A stretch of DNA of 64,000 bases, from positions 19,214-83,213 of the IMG/VR virus record IMGVR_UViG_3300032323_003754; one strand, 5' to 3'. This DNA comes from a virus. A model generated the notes under the pieces. The model made no database searches. It worked only from the letters and a program-made list of their open reading frames with translations, and was not told the DNA's origin. Position numbers and translations under genes: made by a program. This document shows positions 21,801 to 31,025 of this stretch, piece after piece; position 1 is the first letter of the stretch, and the number at the start of each line of letters is the position of its first letter.

Positions 21801-23502
21801 CGAAGAAGGATTTGTGTATGTAACTGGATATTTTAAGGGCTCTGTTACATTTGGCTCTTCTAATAATATAGCATCAGGAACTGCTAATACGACGGAGATC
21901 TCTAATAATTGTCAATCTATATTTGTTGCTAAATACAACCAATTCGGTGTAATACAATGGGTTAGAAAATATGGCGATACCGGAATTCCTAATGATTATG
22001 ACTTTACCCCAACCGGGATTAAAGTTGATTATTTAGGAAATATTATAGTTGTAGGACATAAGAATAAAAACAGAAGCGTAGTAAGTGCAACCCCAGATTT
22101 ACCTAGTAACATTTACGTTAAATGGGATTGGAACGCAGATTTAGTTACAGCTACCACATTATTTACTCCTTCCAGCGGTACTATCGATGATATTATAAGC
22201 GATCTTGCAATAGATCAAGTGGGTAACGTTTATGTTACTGGTGTTTTTGATGGCACATTAAGTTCTGGCTTAAATACTATAACATCCACAAGTAGCGATC
22301 CTGAGGTTTTTGTTTCTCGAGTAGAAGGTGACGGAAACGTTAAATGGATTTATAAAATAGGAAGCGGGGGAAGTGAGACTAGCCCTCGTATACAAATAGG
22401 ATATGCATACGAAGATCTTTATGTTACGCTTAATGCTAACTATGGGTCAACCCAGGAGATCTTGCTTAGAAGATATTCTAGCTATGATTTCCATTTAGAT
22501 TGGAGCAAATCAATACCAAACCAAAATTATTCTGGTATACCTACCAAGCCACATATTAAATTATCGACCAATGGTGAAATTGCTTTAGGAGCAACATTTG
22601 CTGGAAATTTATCTGTTGAGAATATTAACATTGAATCTGAAGGACTAAGCGACATAGCAATATTTAAATTTAATGGATTCAAGGCACTCTGGGGTAAGAA
22701 CGTGGGATCAACCGTTTCAGATTTTTGTCATGATGTTGAAATAGATTCAGAGGGAAGTATATTTGTTCTAGGATCATACGGTGCATCATTAATCGCTTCA
22801 CCTGAATTTTCTTCACCTAATTATTACCCAGCACCTGAAGGTAATCTCGATCTTATCATGTTTAAATATTCTGGGGTGGGAACATTACTTGATATAGTTG
22901 ATGCAGGAGGTATAGCTAAAGACGAAGGAATTTCATTGTCTATAGACAAGGAGGATAATATTTATCTAACTGGTTATATCTCAGGGGAAGCTCAATTCTC
23001 TAACTGGATAGCTTCACCAAGCGGTGGGGAAGATGCCTTTATAGCTAAAATATCAAACCTGAGATACAGAAAAGGAAATAAAATAGGTAATCCTTTCTCC
23101 TGGTTTGGATCTTCTGCCTGGGCTAATGGAGATGTTAAGCTTTTTTCTAAGGAATTTGAAATACCATTGGGTACAACGGTAGTATTCAATCCTATAGATT
23201 CTTTCATTCCCGGGAAGAAAAACCACGTATGGAAATTAATAAAAGGCGAATCTGACGAGGAGCTAATAAATATTAAAGATGCACAATCCTTTATATGGAC
23301 ATTTAATCAGCCAGGATTTTATGATCTTTATGCTTCGATAGAAGATAGCAACGGTAATAAATCAATATTAGACAAAAAGGGATACATTAGAGTCATAGAT
23401 CACAAAAATCCAGCTCCGGGCGAAATAGTTAACACTGTAACTAGTGACACCTTCCGCAGAAGAGCAATTTATGAACCAATAACTAAAGGAGTACTTCTTT
23501 AA
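15856..23502 (+). CDS. Giant baseplate wedge protein (gp7-like N-part) with beta-propeller/SBBP repeats, CBM5/12-like and PKD-like domains
   Basis: 2548 aa after gp6; YLGSYKGLINAIRFFGY..IKEYW is gp7/tail-I-like; IDxxGxVYVTGxF repeats; C-terminal FNQPGFYDLYASIEDSNG. Confidence 0.65.
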   Translation: MSYKNLLFFNKSGSQTNLIWNGDFWEARLMLPAVSVDLFEIEHFFIVEKFKNSQGEIVYGYPHITPDLSGTTSASKIFGSFIAGSRKVVTDVEPKLSYVGAKLFSVQFPNGNEVVAVDVSAKTLTLNDPATYNETLVPLVFNMWKASFETTRNVLDFDTFPSFKGEVVKGKDYITTNIDLNSIKESSEHLMVLGNGIPKDARITSISGKNIYLNKICEVSLKNTTVFVYPVEERNDVSDYIFQYELLEDQTLDAPVLNSMQDSYIKIGYDPSESIIDNTRNTNLIDSSSVSINIALKSSEEGIFGRTLVIEDLSLGYPKIIARIEIHGETIGEDERYKTMLSNFGRRLNSEDAFILRDTDPKEPYTDYEIVNAKRKELLLEGHEIFPYLGSYKGLINAIRFFGYQDLRIKEYWLNIKKSDTAESALKQNSDFVEKLKSEPKSQSTLIGSLLDDENSDKYKQIEIYGKKKDGTYGLKSPIENLFPSSSFKKTSLFGLFYDINKIVEDEFDQFGYPVVENAFLFSPDEVLMKLFGLKEKLKKDYLPLNARIIDITGEGVYFGVYKTRGWVDNLKIDELNQGLDVEIKAYPEYGYIEDLRPFGIRTNRTTPYVPFVGSNQSVYKLSNYGNTVQPLPTNPVLRGSESKRLADAIINFYDERNFLGIEKFRLGDGDSKNGGYLKLSDGLKYEVPAGFPTVLEVTSFILTWDEITNKWEGLDRNVSTYSTQIASFSDILNYTGDTHIDSSFNFTFNLNTLFGTIFNVTLPTGISFLNPTVGKVQIKFTSTDDSACHFVAEVQSYNTLTGACVLKLLNVKNEGAFSSWDIELTNISSSRLDVEYYDYSFNPDGFYSWENLRFAGFYEIEWTVEKKDDNPFYYEFRGRLSDYYKIPVVLPYDGIYSVKCRVWDGFNDICSVYYENYIEVKKRDIELANVARFRETEVYTWENTKKDWNSYGSMWLYPIEGTERIKISNQILNFSEYGNQYNEGQNCKVLKQFGDTIATAPASFGLQKIPLSAFTSNYPGGGIGPAILTLNSSYLPHEFVEGERVTLIDNFNPISSSISGVYRISRVTSTGFSIPVILSGSVTASQFSVIKNGSITINYKGKRQARVEFNGRLDTTLGNLMSALNNSKKDPSFGIDTILSSSISDSLVQEWMDVTFKAPIGSGNLYNGENLEIVTTGGLYSYDGTSRVKSTSALIDGGSNSYSDYVDYNFDGDIPVENIRYYGTKKLDWDAFDALEWDNLYSQTWQLYDYHHDWLGGFSLYNLQSGDKIRIGADTKGTVLGDASSPDYSPGYLDLREAANQLSISTEAGISKFYYEVRGFSKLQGSFRPNGLIRPEKEFIATASQTNFIYEYTPDHIEVYVNGTKLTSLQYTANDGNVINISSSISAGDIVKIVDLPISCLAIPYNGSTESYDVQPGFSPGVGAPTSIVQSKDGDIVMGGDNLTVFRSPTEIDTYYISSEYPGSVPRKVQTDEYNNWWCYGERCDVPLVIYNKQNPEKTRIISTTPVAGFSRPDLNLILNIPDSRFQVVALAVDNLTDNFVMYIKYYQSYTSSAQDTVFRLIEYNASTKEFVNISTLGPQWLGSKTYDVGSIVSRNGKSYTSLLGSNFNKNPETNPNYWKLIYQENIGIVDVTSISVRQMKFEYVGDKSKLWMATNDGIKIYDGIKIKTLKTGNSGLDSNNTYAITFDEVGGKWIGTTDGIFYFDGGRWGGWTTTSTPSLPAGKTRNIVNLKNGRIFYMIETGTGTYKLVYFNGIEFKIYDNDPGTTNQFSPAVNLDYDYEEIYFFANNVKTISGDYTRYVGDLFYLGDDVGQDVYLRKINYTIPYIHASAKTPGTAGWDFIYHLSYRPIPDPIYLKNKGLGSVEVNFNLIVGPLYTSSVNIGKDPQLPYVDTKSWKIPSWIKYDFENVINSHPSINADDLFLDAPLRDIISGKTSQESYWRNSNVIRSAQRDKGNIVDSFEWVIKIGDSNDDRGIKTYIDEEGFVYVTGYFKGSVTFGSSNNIASGTANTTEISNNCQSIFVAKYNQFGVIQWVRKYGDTGIPNDYDFTPTGIKVDYLGNIIVVGHKNKNRSVVSATPDLPSNIYVKWDWNADLVTATTLFTPSSGTIDDIISDLAIDQVGNVYVTGVFDGTLSSGLNTITSTSSDPEVFVSRVEGDGNVKWIYKIGSGGSETSPRIQIGYAYEDLYVTLNANYGSTQEILLRRYSSYDFHLDWSKSIPNQNYSGIPTKPHIKLSTNGEIALGATFAGNLSVENINIESEGLSDIAIFKFNGFKALWGKNVGSTVSDFCHDVEIDSEGSIFVLGSYGASLIASPEFSSPNYYPAPEGNLDLIMFKYSGVGTLLDIVDAGGIAKDEGISLSIDKEDNIYLTGYISGEAQFSNWIASPSGGEDAFIAKISNLRYRKGNKIGNPFSWFGSSAWANGDVKLFSKEFEIPLGTTVVFNPIDSFIPGKKNHVWKLIKGESDEELINIKDAQSFIWTFNQPGFYDLYASIEDSNGNKSILDKKGYIRVIDHKNPAPGEIVNTVTSDTFRRRAIYEPITKGVLL

Positions 23503-24183
23503 TTATCTGTCGTTATACTCTGTGTAAATTCCCAATATTTCAGGTACAATAGGGTGTCTGTGATTTTTCTTAAGGTTGATAATCTTTACACCATCTACTC
23601 TAGATGCTACTGTATTTAAGAAATCGAGGCCTGAATCCTTTTTAACCTTTAAATCTATTTGTGAAACGTCACCGCAGATCATAATTTTTGAAGCTACTCC
23701 AAGTCTTCCTAAAACCATTTCCATTTGATTGTTGGTAACGTTTTGTGCTTCGTCTACAATTACACAAGAATTCAAAAATGTTCTACCCCTCATAAAAGGA
23801 AATGGAAGTATTTCTATTACCTGCTCTTCAACCATTTTATCGATCTTTTCCTTTTCGTATAACATATAAAGATTAGAATAGATCGGTGCTAGCCAAGGAT
23901 CCATTTTCTCTTTTAGATCCCCGGGTAAAAATCCAATATCTTCTTTTGCTACTGTTGGTCTGGTAATAATGATTTTTTCAGCCTCTCTATTAAAAAGAAG
24001 ATCTAATGCAATCTGACAAGCTAATAATGTTTTTCCTGATCCAGCCATTCCCCTGATAACAGTTACTGGATTTTCTAGAATTAGTGATTTTGCTTCTTTT
24101 TGTTCATCATTTAGCGTAAGCTTAAACTTGATTGGACCTTTAACTTTCCCCTTTACCTGCGGTTCTTTTGATGTTCTCTCCAT
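23503..24183 (-). CDS. phoH: PhoH-family ATPase
   Basis: GMAGSGKT, IITRP, GFLPGDLKEKMDPW, FMRGRTF, IVDEAQN, GDVSQID, RHPIV; start moved to ATG at 24183 (MERTSK). Confidence 0.95.
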   Translation of the reverse strand: MERTSKEPQVKGKVKGPIKFKLTLNDEQKEAKSLILENPVTVIRGMAGSGKTLLACQIALDLLFNREAEKIIITRPTVAKEDIGFLPGDLKEKMDPWLAPIYSNLYMLYEKEKIDKMVEEQVIEILPFPFMRGRTFLNSCVIVDEAQNVTNNQMEMVLGRLGVASKIMICGDVSQIDLKVKKDSGLDFLNTVASRVDGVKIINLKKNHRHPIVPEILGIYTEYNDR

Positions 24184-24272
24184 AAAATTGTTGGTTTTTT
24201 TAATAGAAACTAATGTATATTTTACTGTATGATCTCTACATGAAGGATTTATTTCTTCATTCAAGCTTATTT

Positions 24273-24280
24273 GATATATA
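24273..24280 (+). promoter_or_regulatory. Putative phage late promoter GATATATA
   Basis: Recurrent intergenic octamer, 22 nt before ATG 24303. Confidence 0.55.
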
Positions 24281-24302
24281 TATTCAGAATAAAAAACAGC
24301 AA

Positions 24303-25253
24303 ATGATTACTATACAGGAGATCCTAGGAACAGACTCGATCGCAGCTTCGAGACTAACGATTAACTCAAATTTTCTTCTAGTTGAAAATGAAATTAATGA
24401 CCTAGAAAACACATTTAATATTAATGTTGTAACGGGAGCAATGGATATTTCCCAGGCAACTAGCGGTCAGCTTAAAGCCAAATCCCTTTATGCTAACCAA
24501 GCAGCTTTTCCTGCATCTGGAACGCCAACGGTAAATATTTATGGAACAGGAGCAAGCGCTGGTAATGCATCTTTTTCTGGGATCGTTTCAGCAGCTCAGC
24601 TTTCAATTTCCGCAACCGGCTCATTTAACCAAGTTAATGCCTCAGGAGCAGCTATTTTTGGCTCTACTGTTAGAATTGATGGTGATACAACTTCTAACGC
24701 ATCTTTTATAAACGGACCAACCGGATCTTTTATTGAAAAAAATGCGATAGCTGCTGGTGGACCAACTAATGCTTTTTCTATTCCGTCTAACGGGGGTGGA
24801 GGTATTACAGGAACATATAGTAATCCTTATGCATTAACCTTTGATGAAAGCGTGATTTATGCTAACTGTGCAAATGTCAGTTCAGTAGGGGCAGACTCTG
24901 CAAACCAAACCGGGTTCTTCTTTAAGGTAAATGCTTCGGGCACTGCACCTTCAGGAACACCTCCGAGCGTTCCCCAGGGATTTAGATTAACAATTATTAA
25001 TACAAACTCTGCTGAGGGACGTATAGCAACTGGGGTAACCGGACCAGGTGATCAATACTATACTGGGTTTAACCAGAGTGCAGGTGGTTGGTCAGGTAAT
25101 TATTTAAGAGTTCCAGATTCTGCACCATACAGAACTTCAGTGACCCTACAATGGGAAAATAGAATAGGAAAGGGAGCAGGATCACAAAATGGATCTTGGG
25201 TGGTTGTATCATCTTCCGGATTTGATGGAGTATCAGATTTTGCAACACAATAA
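24303..25253 (+). CDS. Putative baseplate/fibre-connector structural protein
   Basis: MITIQEILGTDSIAASRLTINSNF resembles gp9/gp10/fibre-type N-termini; Gly/Ser/Thr-rich; start placed at ATG 24303 after the promoter motif. Confidence 0.55.
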   Translation: MITIQEILGTDSIAASRLTINSNFLLVENEINDLENTFNINVVTGAMDISQATSGQLKAKSLYANQAAFPASGTPTVNIYGTGASAGNASFSGIVSAAQLSISATGSFNQVNASGAAIFGSTVRIDGDTTSNASFINGPTGSFIEKNAIAAGGPTNAFSIPSNGGGGITGTYSNPYALTFDESVIYANCANVSSVGADSANQTGFFFKVNASGTAPSGTPPSVPQGFRLTIINTNSAEGRIATGVTGPGDQYYTGFNQSAGGWSGNYLRVPDSAPYRTSVTLQWENRIGKGAGSQNGSWVVVSSSGFDGVSDFATQ

Positions 25254-25269
25254 TAAAAAATAAGAATTA

Positions 25270-27456
25270 ATGGCGAAGACCCCATATATTAGGCCCTTAC
25301 AGTTACAGGGCGGAACTTTTTACACATTCAGTTCTGCTGCGGAGGATCTTGCTTTAACTTTTAATAACACTGTTAATAAGTTTAGATTTTCTAAATACGT
25401 TCTTTTAAACATCCCAGAATTCAGAAATCCGGTCTATGGAGAAAATACCATACAGTTTGATTCAATGGATTCTACGTTTTTGGATGTAGCAGAAGGATCT
25501 TTCGATTTAGTTAGTCCAAACAATCTAAGTCCTAACTTAGAGGTATCCTTTCAGAATTATTGTTTAAATCTGGAAGCAACCATACTTTCCGATAACAATT
25601 ATAACCCATCTTTAAAAAGAAACGTTTCTGAAAGAGTTTTTTGGAAATGGCTTAAAGAACTAGGAGCTGTTAGATTCAGACCAGCTAACTCTAACGAGGT
25701 TATACCAACGTTAGATCAAAACGCTACTGGACTAACTGGAGGATTCCCATACTCTGATAAGAGATGGACAGAAGAGGACGATTTTTTCACTGGTAATGGT
25801 AGTGTAACTCCTAGATATTCTAGAGTAGTTAAATATATCGGGGAGTGTGACATAGTTAACTCAGTTCAGCATAAGAACAATTCTTATTCCGAGGTTTATA
25901 TACACGTACCAACTAGCGACGGGCATACCCCTTTAGTTATGTTTAAAACTAAAGCAGATGAGAATTATTATCCTGGTCAAATATTAACAAACAGGCCAAG
26001 CGATCCCCTGGATTCTGAATATCTTCAAGGTAGAAGCTCTTCTGCTGGTCCATTCGGTCCTAATGGATTACCAACCTTTGCTATTTTTGATCAAGATGTA
26101 GTAGGTCAACCAGGTATTACTGGTACTTCTGCAACGGGAGCTGCTTTTTTTAATCAATGGTACTATCCTAGAAATACAGCTAATTCATATTACACCGAAT
26201 CTAGTTTCTTTAATTCCGATACCGAAGATATCACAAAATATATTAAAAACGGTACAGGAACACAGGTTACTTATAAAAGAAATAAACTTGATGGAATTCA
26301 ATTAGATTTCGATGCGGATAATTATAAACCTATAGTAGATAATCCTTCGATTAGTACAATAGAGGAATATAACTCAACGGTAGATTCTAGCTCATTTGAG
26401 TTTAATGCGGTTTTACTCTATTACGATGTTTACGATCCTAATAATCCAGCCGATTCTGAAACCAATCTTTATGGTGTTTTATTTTTAGAAGATATCGAGC
26501 CAATATCGAATTCTGCTGGAAAAATACCAACCTTTAAGAAATACAAACCTGACGCAGTTACAAAGCTTAATGGTAATTCATATGGATTAAAGGTAAATCT
26601 TAAATTCGATACTGATGTAGATAATACAGGGGTGGAACTTGCAGTAAATGATTACTCGTCTTTTTCACTTTCCATGTTTATGGATGCAGCTAACGTATTA
26701 CAGGAAGCTTCTAGAACATTAAATGATCAAACTACAGAAATTATAAATCTATCAAATAGAGTTTCTAACGTAGAAGATCTTATAATCACAATGGACGATA
26801 ACACATCTCTTAGTGCTAGAATTAAAGCACTAGAAGATGCAATGGTAGCAAACCAGTCATTGTTTAAAAATACGCAGGATATATTAGGACTGATTGAAAG
26901 AAATTATTCCCTTACTAATAATCTTTTAAACGGTAGAACTGATATTAAGCTTTCTTATGATCTGGATCTTGTTAGAAGTGGAAAGGGAATTAATGTTGAC
27001 AGATCTACACCGAACAAGTTAATACTAAATAATACAGTTCAGCATTATAACATAACAGAAGGTGTAAACTACAACTTTAACATTAACCAAACCAGCGGAA
27101 ATACCCTCGTACTTAACGAGTTTAATAATTATTATAAGCACACTAATTTCGGACTAACTATCAATCTGGTGAATGATTTGGTAATAAAAATAGACGACAC
27201 AAACAGTAAGTGGCATAAGGGACAAACACTTAGATTGGTTTTTGATGATATGGTGGTTCTTAATGGTAATAATATTTTAATATACACGGACATAAAAGGT
27301 GCATATCCTCTAAGTGCACCATCTGGAGTTCCATACAGCGTTCTAATTGGAGGATTTACACAAAGCATTTTCGCTTCTTCTAACAACAAACCGATATTTG
27401 ATATCGTTTGTGTTGACGAAAAGAATTTAGTTTTTGAAATAGATCAAATAAGATAA
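25270..27456 (+). CDS. Hypothetical virion structural protein
   Basis: 728-aa ORF with an internal coiled coil, in the structural cluster. Confidence 0.55.
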   Translation: MAKTPYIRPLQLQGGTFYTFSSAAEDLALTFNNTVNKFRFSKYVLLNIPEFRNPVYGENTIQFDSMDSTFLDVAEGSFDLVSPNNLSPNLEVSFQNYCLNLEATILSDNNYNPSLKRNVSERVFWKWLKELGAVRFRPANSNEVIPTLDQNATGLTGGFPYSDKRWTEEDDFFTGNGSVTPRYSRVVKYIGECDIVNSVQHKNNSYSEVYIHVPTSDGHTPLVMFKTKADENYYPGQILTNRPSDPLDSEYLQGRSSSAGPFGPNGLPTFAIFDQDVVGQPGITGTSATGAAFFNQWYYPRNTANSYYTESSFFNSDTEDITKYIKNGTGTQVTYKRNKLDGIQLDFDADNYKPIVDNPSISTIEEYNSTVDSSSFEFNAVLLYYDVYDPNNPADSETNLYGVLFLEDIEPISNSAGKIPTFKKYKPDAVTKLNGNSYGLKVNLKFDTDVDNTGVELAVNDYSSFSLSMFMDAANVLQEASRTLNDQTTEIINLSNRVSNVEDLIITMDDNTSLSARIKALEDAMVANQSLFKNTQDILGLIERNYSLTNNLLNGRTDIKLSYDLDLVRSGKGINVDRSTPNKLILNNTVQHYNITEGVNYNFNINQTSGNTLVLNEFNNYYKHTNFGLTINLVNDLVIKIDDTNSKWHKGQTLRLVFDDMVVLNGNNILIYTDIKGAYPLSAPSGVPYSVLIGGFTQSIFASSNNKPIFDIVCVDEKNLVFEIDQIR

Positions 27457-27457
27457 A

Positions 27458-30400
27458 ATGGCAGGTACTAAAAATTCAATAAGTTCATTACTAGCACAGT
27501 TTCTTAGACTGCAGAAAAATTCTCTGGAGATAATAAACAAACTAAGTAATGCTACGACATCTAAGCAAGACACCGTTAATGTGGAATTCTTGGATGATAA
27601 CAACGTTACGAGTATTGTTTCAATACCTTCCTGGGGTTATATTATAAATGAGATAAAGAGATTAGATTCCAATATTAAGACTTTAACCGGTTTGGATGAT
27701 GGAAATGCTAATGTTAGAAATGCAGATGGTACTGTTTCTAGAATATATCAGTCAAAGCCTCTTATTGATCCTATTGCTCCATCAACTTTACAAGTTCCAT
27801 CGAACTTTAAATTTAGGAGCAATCATTTTTTTGAAAGCTTTTTAAACCCTTTATTATTTGTTACCTTTGATCTTGATGGTCAGGTTGATCCTGGAACTAA
27901 AAGAGTTTTTGTTAAAAGAATCATAGCAAATACGTCAACTGATGCACAAAGAAATTATTTTGATACCAACTTAAAGGGTAGAAATGATATCTCTGATGCT
28001 GATTATATGAACTCACTTTTTGGTCAGGGAATAACATATACTATAGACGAAAGTCCTGAAGATTTACCTTTACAGGTTATAAGATACAGAGGAACTTTTT
28101 CGGTTCTAAGAGTTTTTGATCAGACATTACCTGTTACAGTAGGTGGACAGACAATCAATCAAAACGTAAGAAAATATAAACTTGATGTTGTATCGTATAA
28201 AGATACCATATCAAACTCAACAAATCCTGATAGACAATTAAAGATCGGAGATCTTTTAATGACCTCTACCGGAAGTAAATTTGAAATTACCAATGTGGAT
28301 ATTTCAGAATCCACTGTGGTGTTAAAAAGAATTAATGGATATGACCCAGTACCTATTGGTCTTAATGCCTTAACACTTGCGTCCGAGATGCTTTCTCCAT
28401 TACAGCTTAATGTTAATGTTGGACATGATGAAAGACAAGCTATTTTTATAAAAGCTATTAATGACGAAAAAAATGTAACAGGATCTTCATACAGTAATGG
28501 TGTAGTATTTCATTCAAATGAGATGCTAATCAATACCACAGACGGTACAATGAATCTTGATGACTTTTATAAAAGTCAGGTTGCAGACTTCGGTGCTCAG
28601 TTTCTTGGAAATACCAAAGAAAAGGTAATACCTTCGGTTTATGGTTTAACCCCCAATTCTCCTTCTTTAAGCGCTTCTAGTTTTAAAGTTGTACAGATCA
28701 ATAAACAAATAACACAGACAAATACCTCCGAAAAATTTGCTAATACTGTACAGACCAAAGTAAAGCTTCAAAACGAGATCGAATCTATTAATAAATCTAT
28801 AGATCAAGCAAGAAGTGAAATATCTCAATTGGTTACAACCTCTGTTACAACATCTAGTGGTTCTACCAGAGAAAGCTTACTTTCTAAAATAGATTCATTA
28901 ACAAAAGAAAAATCAACAAAGACTTCTTTATTACAAACAGTAATACAGGATCTAAATAACTTAACAGCAACTGCTCCAGAAATAACGGAATCTCCTAAAT
29001 ATAGAATCAGGGGATTCTGGCCAATGCCATCTCCAGTAACCGATGGAAAAACTGGAAATCAAGATGTAGTTCAATTTAGAGTTAGATATAGATATTTAAC
29101 AAAGCAAGGAAATTCTACCTCTACCGACGAGATTAAATTTATTGATAACGACGGTACGGAAAGAAGGGCAACATACAGTAATTGGATAGAGTATAAAACC
29201 GATATAAGAAAGAAAGGATACGATACCAATACTAAAAAATATTTCTGGTTGGATGAAGACGTTCAAAACGCAGACGTTCCTAATATTAATCAGGTTGATA
29301 TACCTATAACAGCTGGTGAAAAAGTTGAAATTAAAGTTGCATCTGTATCAGAAGCAGGCTGGCCGTTAAATCCTTTAGAATCCGATTTTTCTGCACCGAT
29401 TACTGTGGATTTTCCGGAAGAGTTTGTAACAGCTAACGGAAACTCTCAATATGTTGATCAAAACAAAAATGATCAAGTTCTAGTTTCTCTACAACAGGAT
29501 CTATCTTCTAGAGGTTTAGATTCACATCTTTCTACCGCATTTAACAGCGGTGACAAATACTATGCACACGTGGCTGATACGATTTCATCAGGATTTTTCG
29601 ATTCGACCGGGAAATCCTTAGATCTGTACCAGAAAATACTTTCAATGGATAAAGAAATAGCATCTCTAAAAGCACTTATATCCGTTGCTAAAGGAGTTCT
29701 TTCTGTCTTTGTTAAGGATAACACGGGAAATATGATTAGCGTCAAGAGAGGATCGGTTGTTGAGTTATTTACTGGATATTATAACGAAATTTTAGATCTT
29801 ACCAATTCTTCTAATTATGGAAAAATAGTTTCTTCTCTTTATACCATAGAGCTAAGAAATGATACTGCTTCTCCATTAGAATTATCCTCTGTTATTCCTG
29901 GGGGACAAAATTTAATAGCATTACCAAATACTGATGCAACGGCATCATCAGACTATAGAGATTTTAGAAAATATGATTTAACTCCAATTTCCCTTACCGG
30001 AATTAAATCCACTGATGTGGCAATAGGATTAACAGGATCTAATTTTTTCATACATCCTTCTCCTTTCCAATCATCAAATTCCAATTCACAATTTGTGTAC
30101 TGTAGATACAAGAGTGTTGGTTTTGATGAAGATCTTTATTTTACTCCTCAATCTACTAGCGCATGGGACGAAAACACAGGGGTTAGCGGGATTCCTTTAG
30201 ATCTAGGAATATTGCTACCATTTAATCCTACCGGAACATCTACACCTGGTGTTAGTAACTCGTTTGTTTGGGGTGGAACATATGACACAGTAAATAAAAT
30301 CCCACTAGGAAACGGAAAGCTAAACGAATTTTGCGTTCATATAGATCACCCAATAGTTTCTAATGAATCGAAGCAATCTTCTCCTAAGACTTTCAAAGAA

Positions 30401-31015
30401 TTAGTTAAACCTTCTCAGGGACCTGTAGGAACAAGAGGATTTGTATATCCTGCATTTAGACATTCATCAGGTTTCGAGGCTTCGAGCACCGAGGTATTTA
30501 GTCCTACTGTTACAAATCAAACAAAGGGATACCAGCAACTTGCATACAACAAAGTAGCTAATAATAGCTATGGCGTTGCTGGAGATAATCAATCATACCC
30601 AGAAAAACTTGGATTTAGCCCTGATGATGAATTTTTAATAGGCAAATATTCATGTGGCTCTTATCTTTACATGGCACCTTCTAGCCATTATCCTATACAG
30701 GTAGAAGGATCAACATCATTAGCAGTAAAAACTCTTTCTCCAGGAACAGAAAATGCAATAGTTATACCGGTTTTATTCCAGATGAGATGTCAGGATAAAC
30801 TAGGATTTGTTGGAGGATTTAGAAACAGTGGTACGATTAGAAACGTAACATATACCAAAAAAATAGGAATAGATATAAAAGTAAGTAACGAAGAGGTATT
30901 TTCTTTTGATCTATCTATATCAGGAAGTTATACTAAATCAGCTCTAGCATCTCCGACATATTCGAATTTTAAAGACACTCTTGGATATAGAAGATTTGAC
31001 CAAGCCCAACCATAA
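27458..31015 (+). CDS. Hypothetical virion structural protein
   Basis: 1185-aa ORF with coiled coils and beta-rich segments, tightly coupled to neighbours. Confidence 0.55.
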   Translation: MAGTKNSISSLLAQFLRLQKNSLEIINKLSNATTSKQDTVNVEFLDDNNVTSIVSIPSWGYIINEIKRLDSNIKTLTGLDDGNANVRNADGTVSRIYQSKPLIDPIAPSTLQVPSNFKFRSNHFFESFLNPLLFVTFDLDGQVDPGTKRVFVKRIIANTSTDAQRNYFDTNLKGRNDISDADYMNSLFGQGITYTIDESPEDLPLQVIRYRGTFSVLRVFDQTLPVTVGGQTINQNVRKYKLDVVSYKDTISNSTNPDRQLKIGDLLMTSTGSKFEITNVDISESTVVLKRINGYDPVPIGLNALTLASEMLSPLQLNVNVGHDERQAIFIKAINDEKNVTGSSYSNGVVFHSNEMLINTTDGTMNLDDFYKSQVADFGAQFLGNTKEKVIPSVYGLTPNSPSLSASSFKVVQINKQITQTNTSEKFANTVQTKVKLQNEIESINKSIDQARSEISQLVTTSVTTSSGSTRESLLSKIDSLTKEKSTKTSLLQTVIQDLNNLTATAPEITESPKYRIRGFWPMPSPVTDGKTGNQDVVQFRVRYRYLTKQGNSTSTDEIKFIDNDGTERRATYSNWIEYKTDIRKKGYDTNTKKYFWLDEDVQNADVPNINQVDIPITAGEKVEIKVASVSEAGWPLNPLESDFSAPITVDFPEEFVTANGNSQYVDQNKNDQVLVSLQQDLSSRGLDSHLSTAFNSGDKYYAHVADTISSGFFDSTGKSLDLYQKILSMDKEIASLKALISVAKGVLSVFVKDNTGNMISVKRGSVVELFTGYYNEILDLTNSSNYGKIVSSLYTIELRNDTASPLELSSVIPGGQNLIALPNTDATASSDYRDFRKYDLTPISLTGIKSTDVAIGLTGSNFFIHPSPFQSSNSNSQFVYCRYKSVGFDEDLYFTPQSTSAWDENTGVSGIPLDLGILLPFNPTGTSTPGVSNSFVWGGTYDTVNKIPLGNGKLNEFCVHIDHPIVSNESKQSSPKTFKELVKPSQGPVGTRGFVYPAFRHSSGFEASSTEVFSPTVTNQTKGYQQLAYNKVANNSYGVAGDNQSYPEKLGFSPDDEFLIGKYSCGSYLYMAPSSHYPIQVEGSTSLAVKTLSPGTENAIVIPVLFQMRCQDKLGFVGGFRNSGTIRNVTYTKKIGIDIKVSNEEVFSFDLSISGSYTKSALASPTYSNFKDTLGYRRFDQAQP

Positions 31016-31025
31016 CTATTAAAGA

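Noticed and set aside
772-23502. Bacterial contractile injection system or tailocin locus
   Set aside because: Linked to a neck protein and a T4-like replication/recombination gene set, indicating a phage genome
24184-24302. Overlapping extended N-termini of phoH (to 24264) and ORF 24213
   Set aside because: Downstream ATGs (24183 on -, 24303 on +) give a clean divergent intergenic region containing the promoter motif
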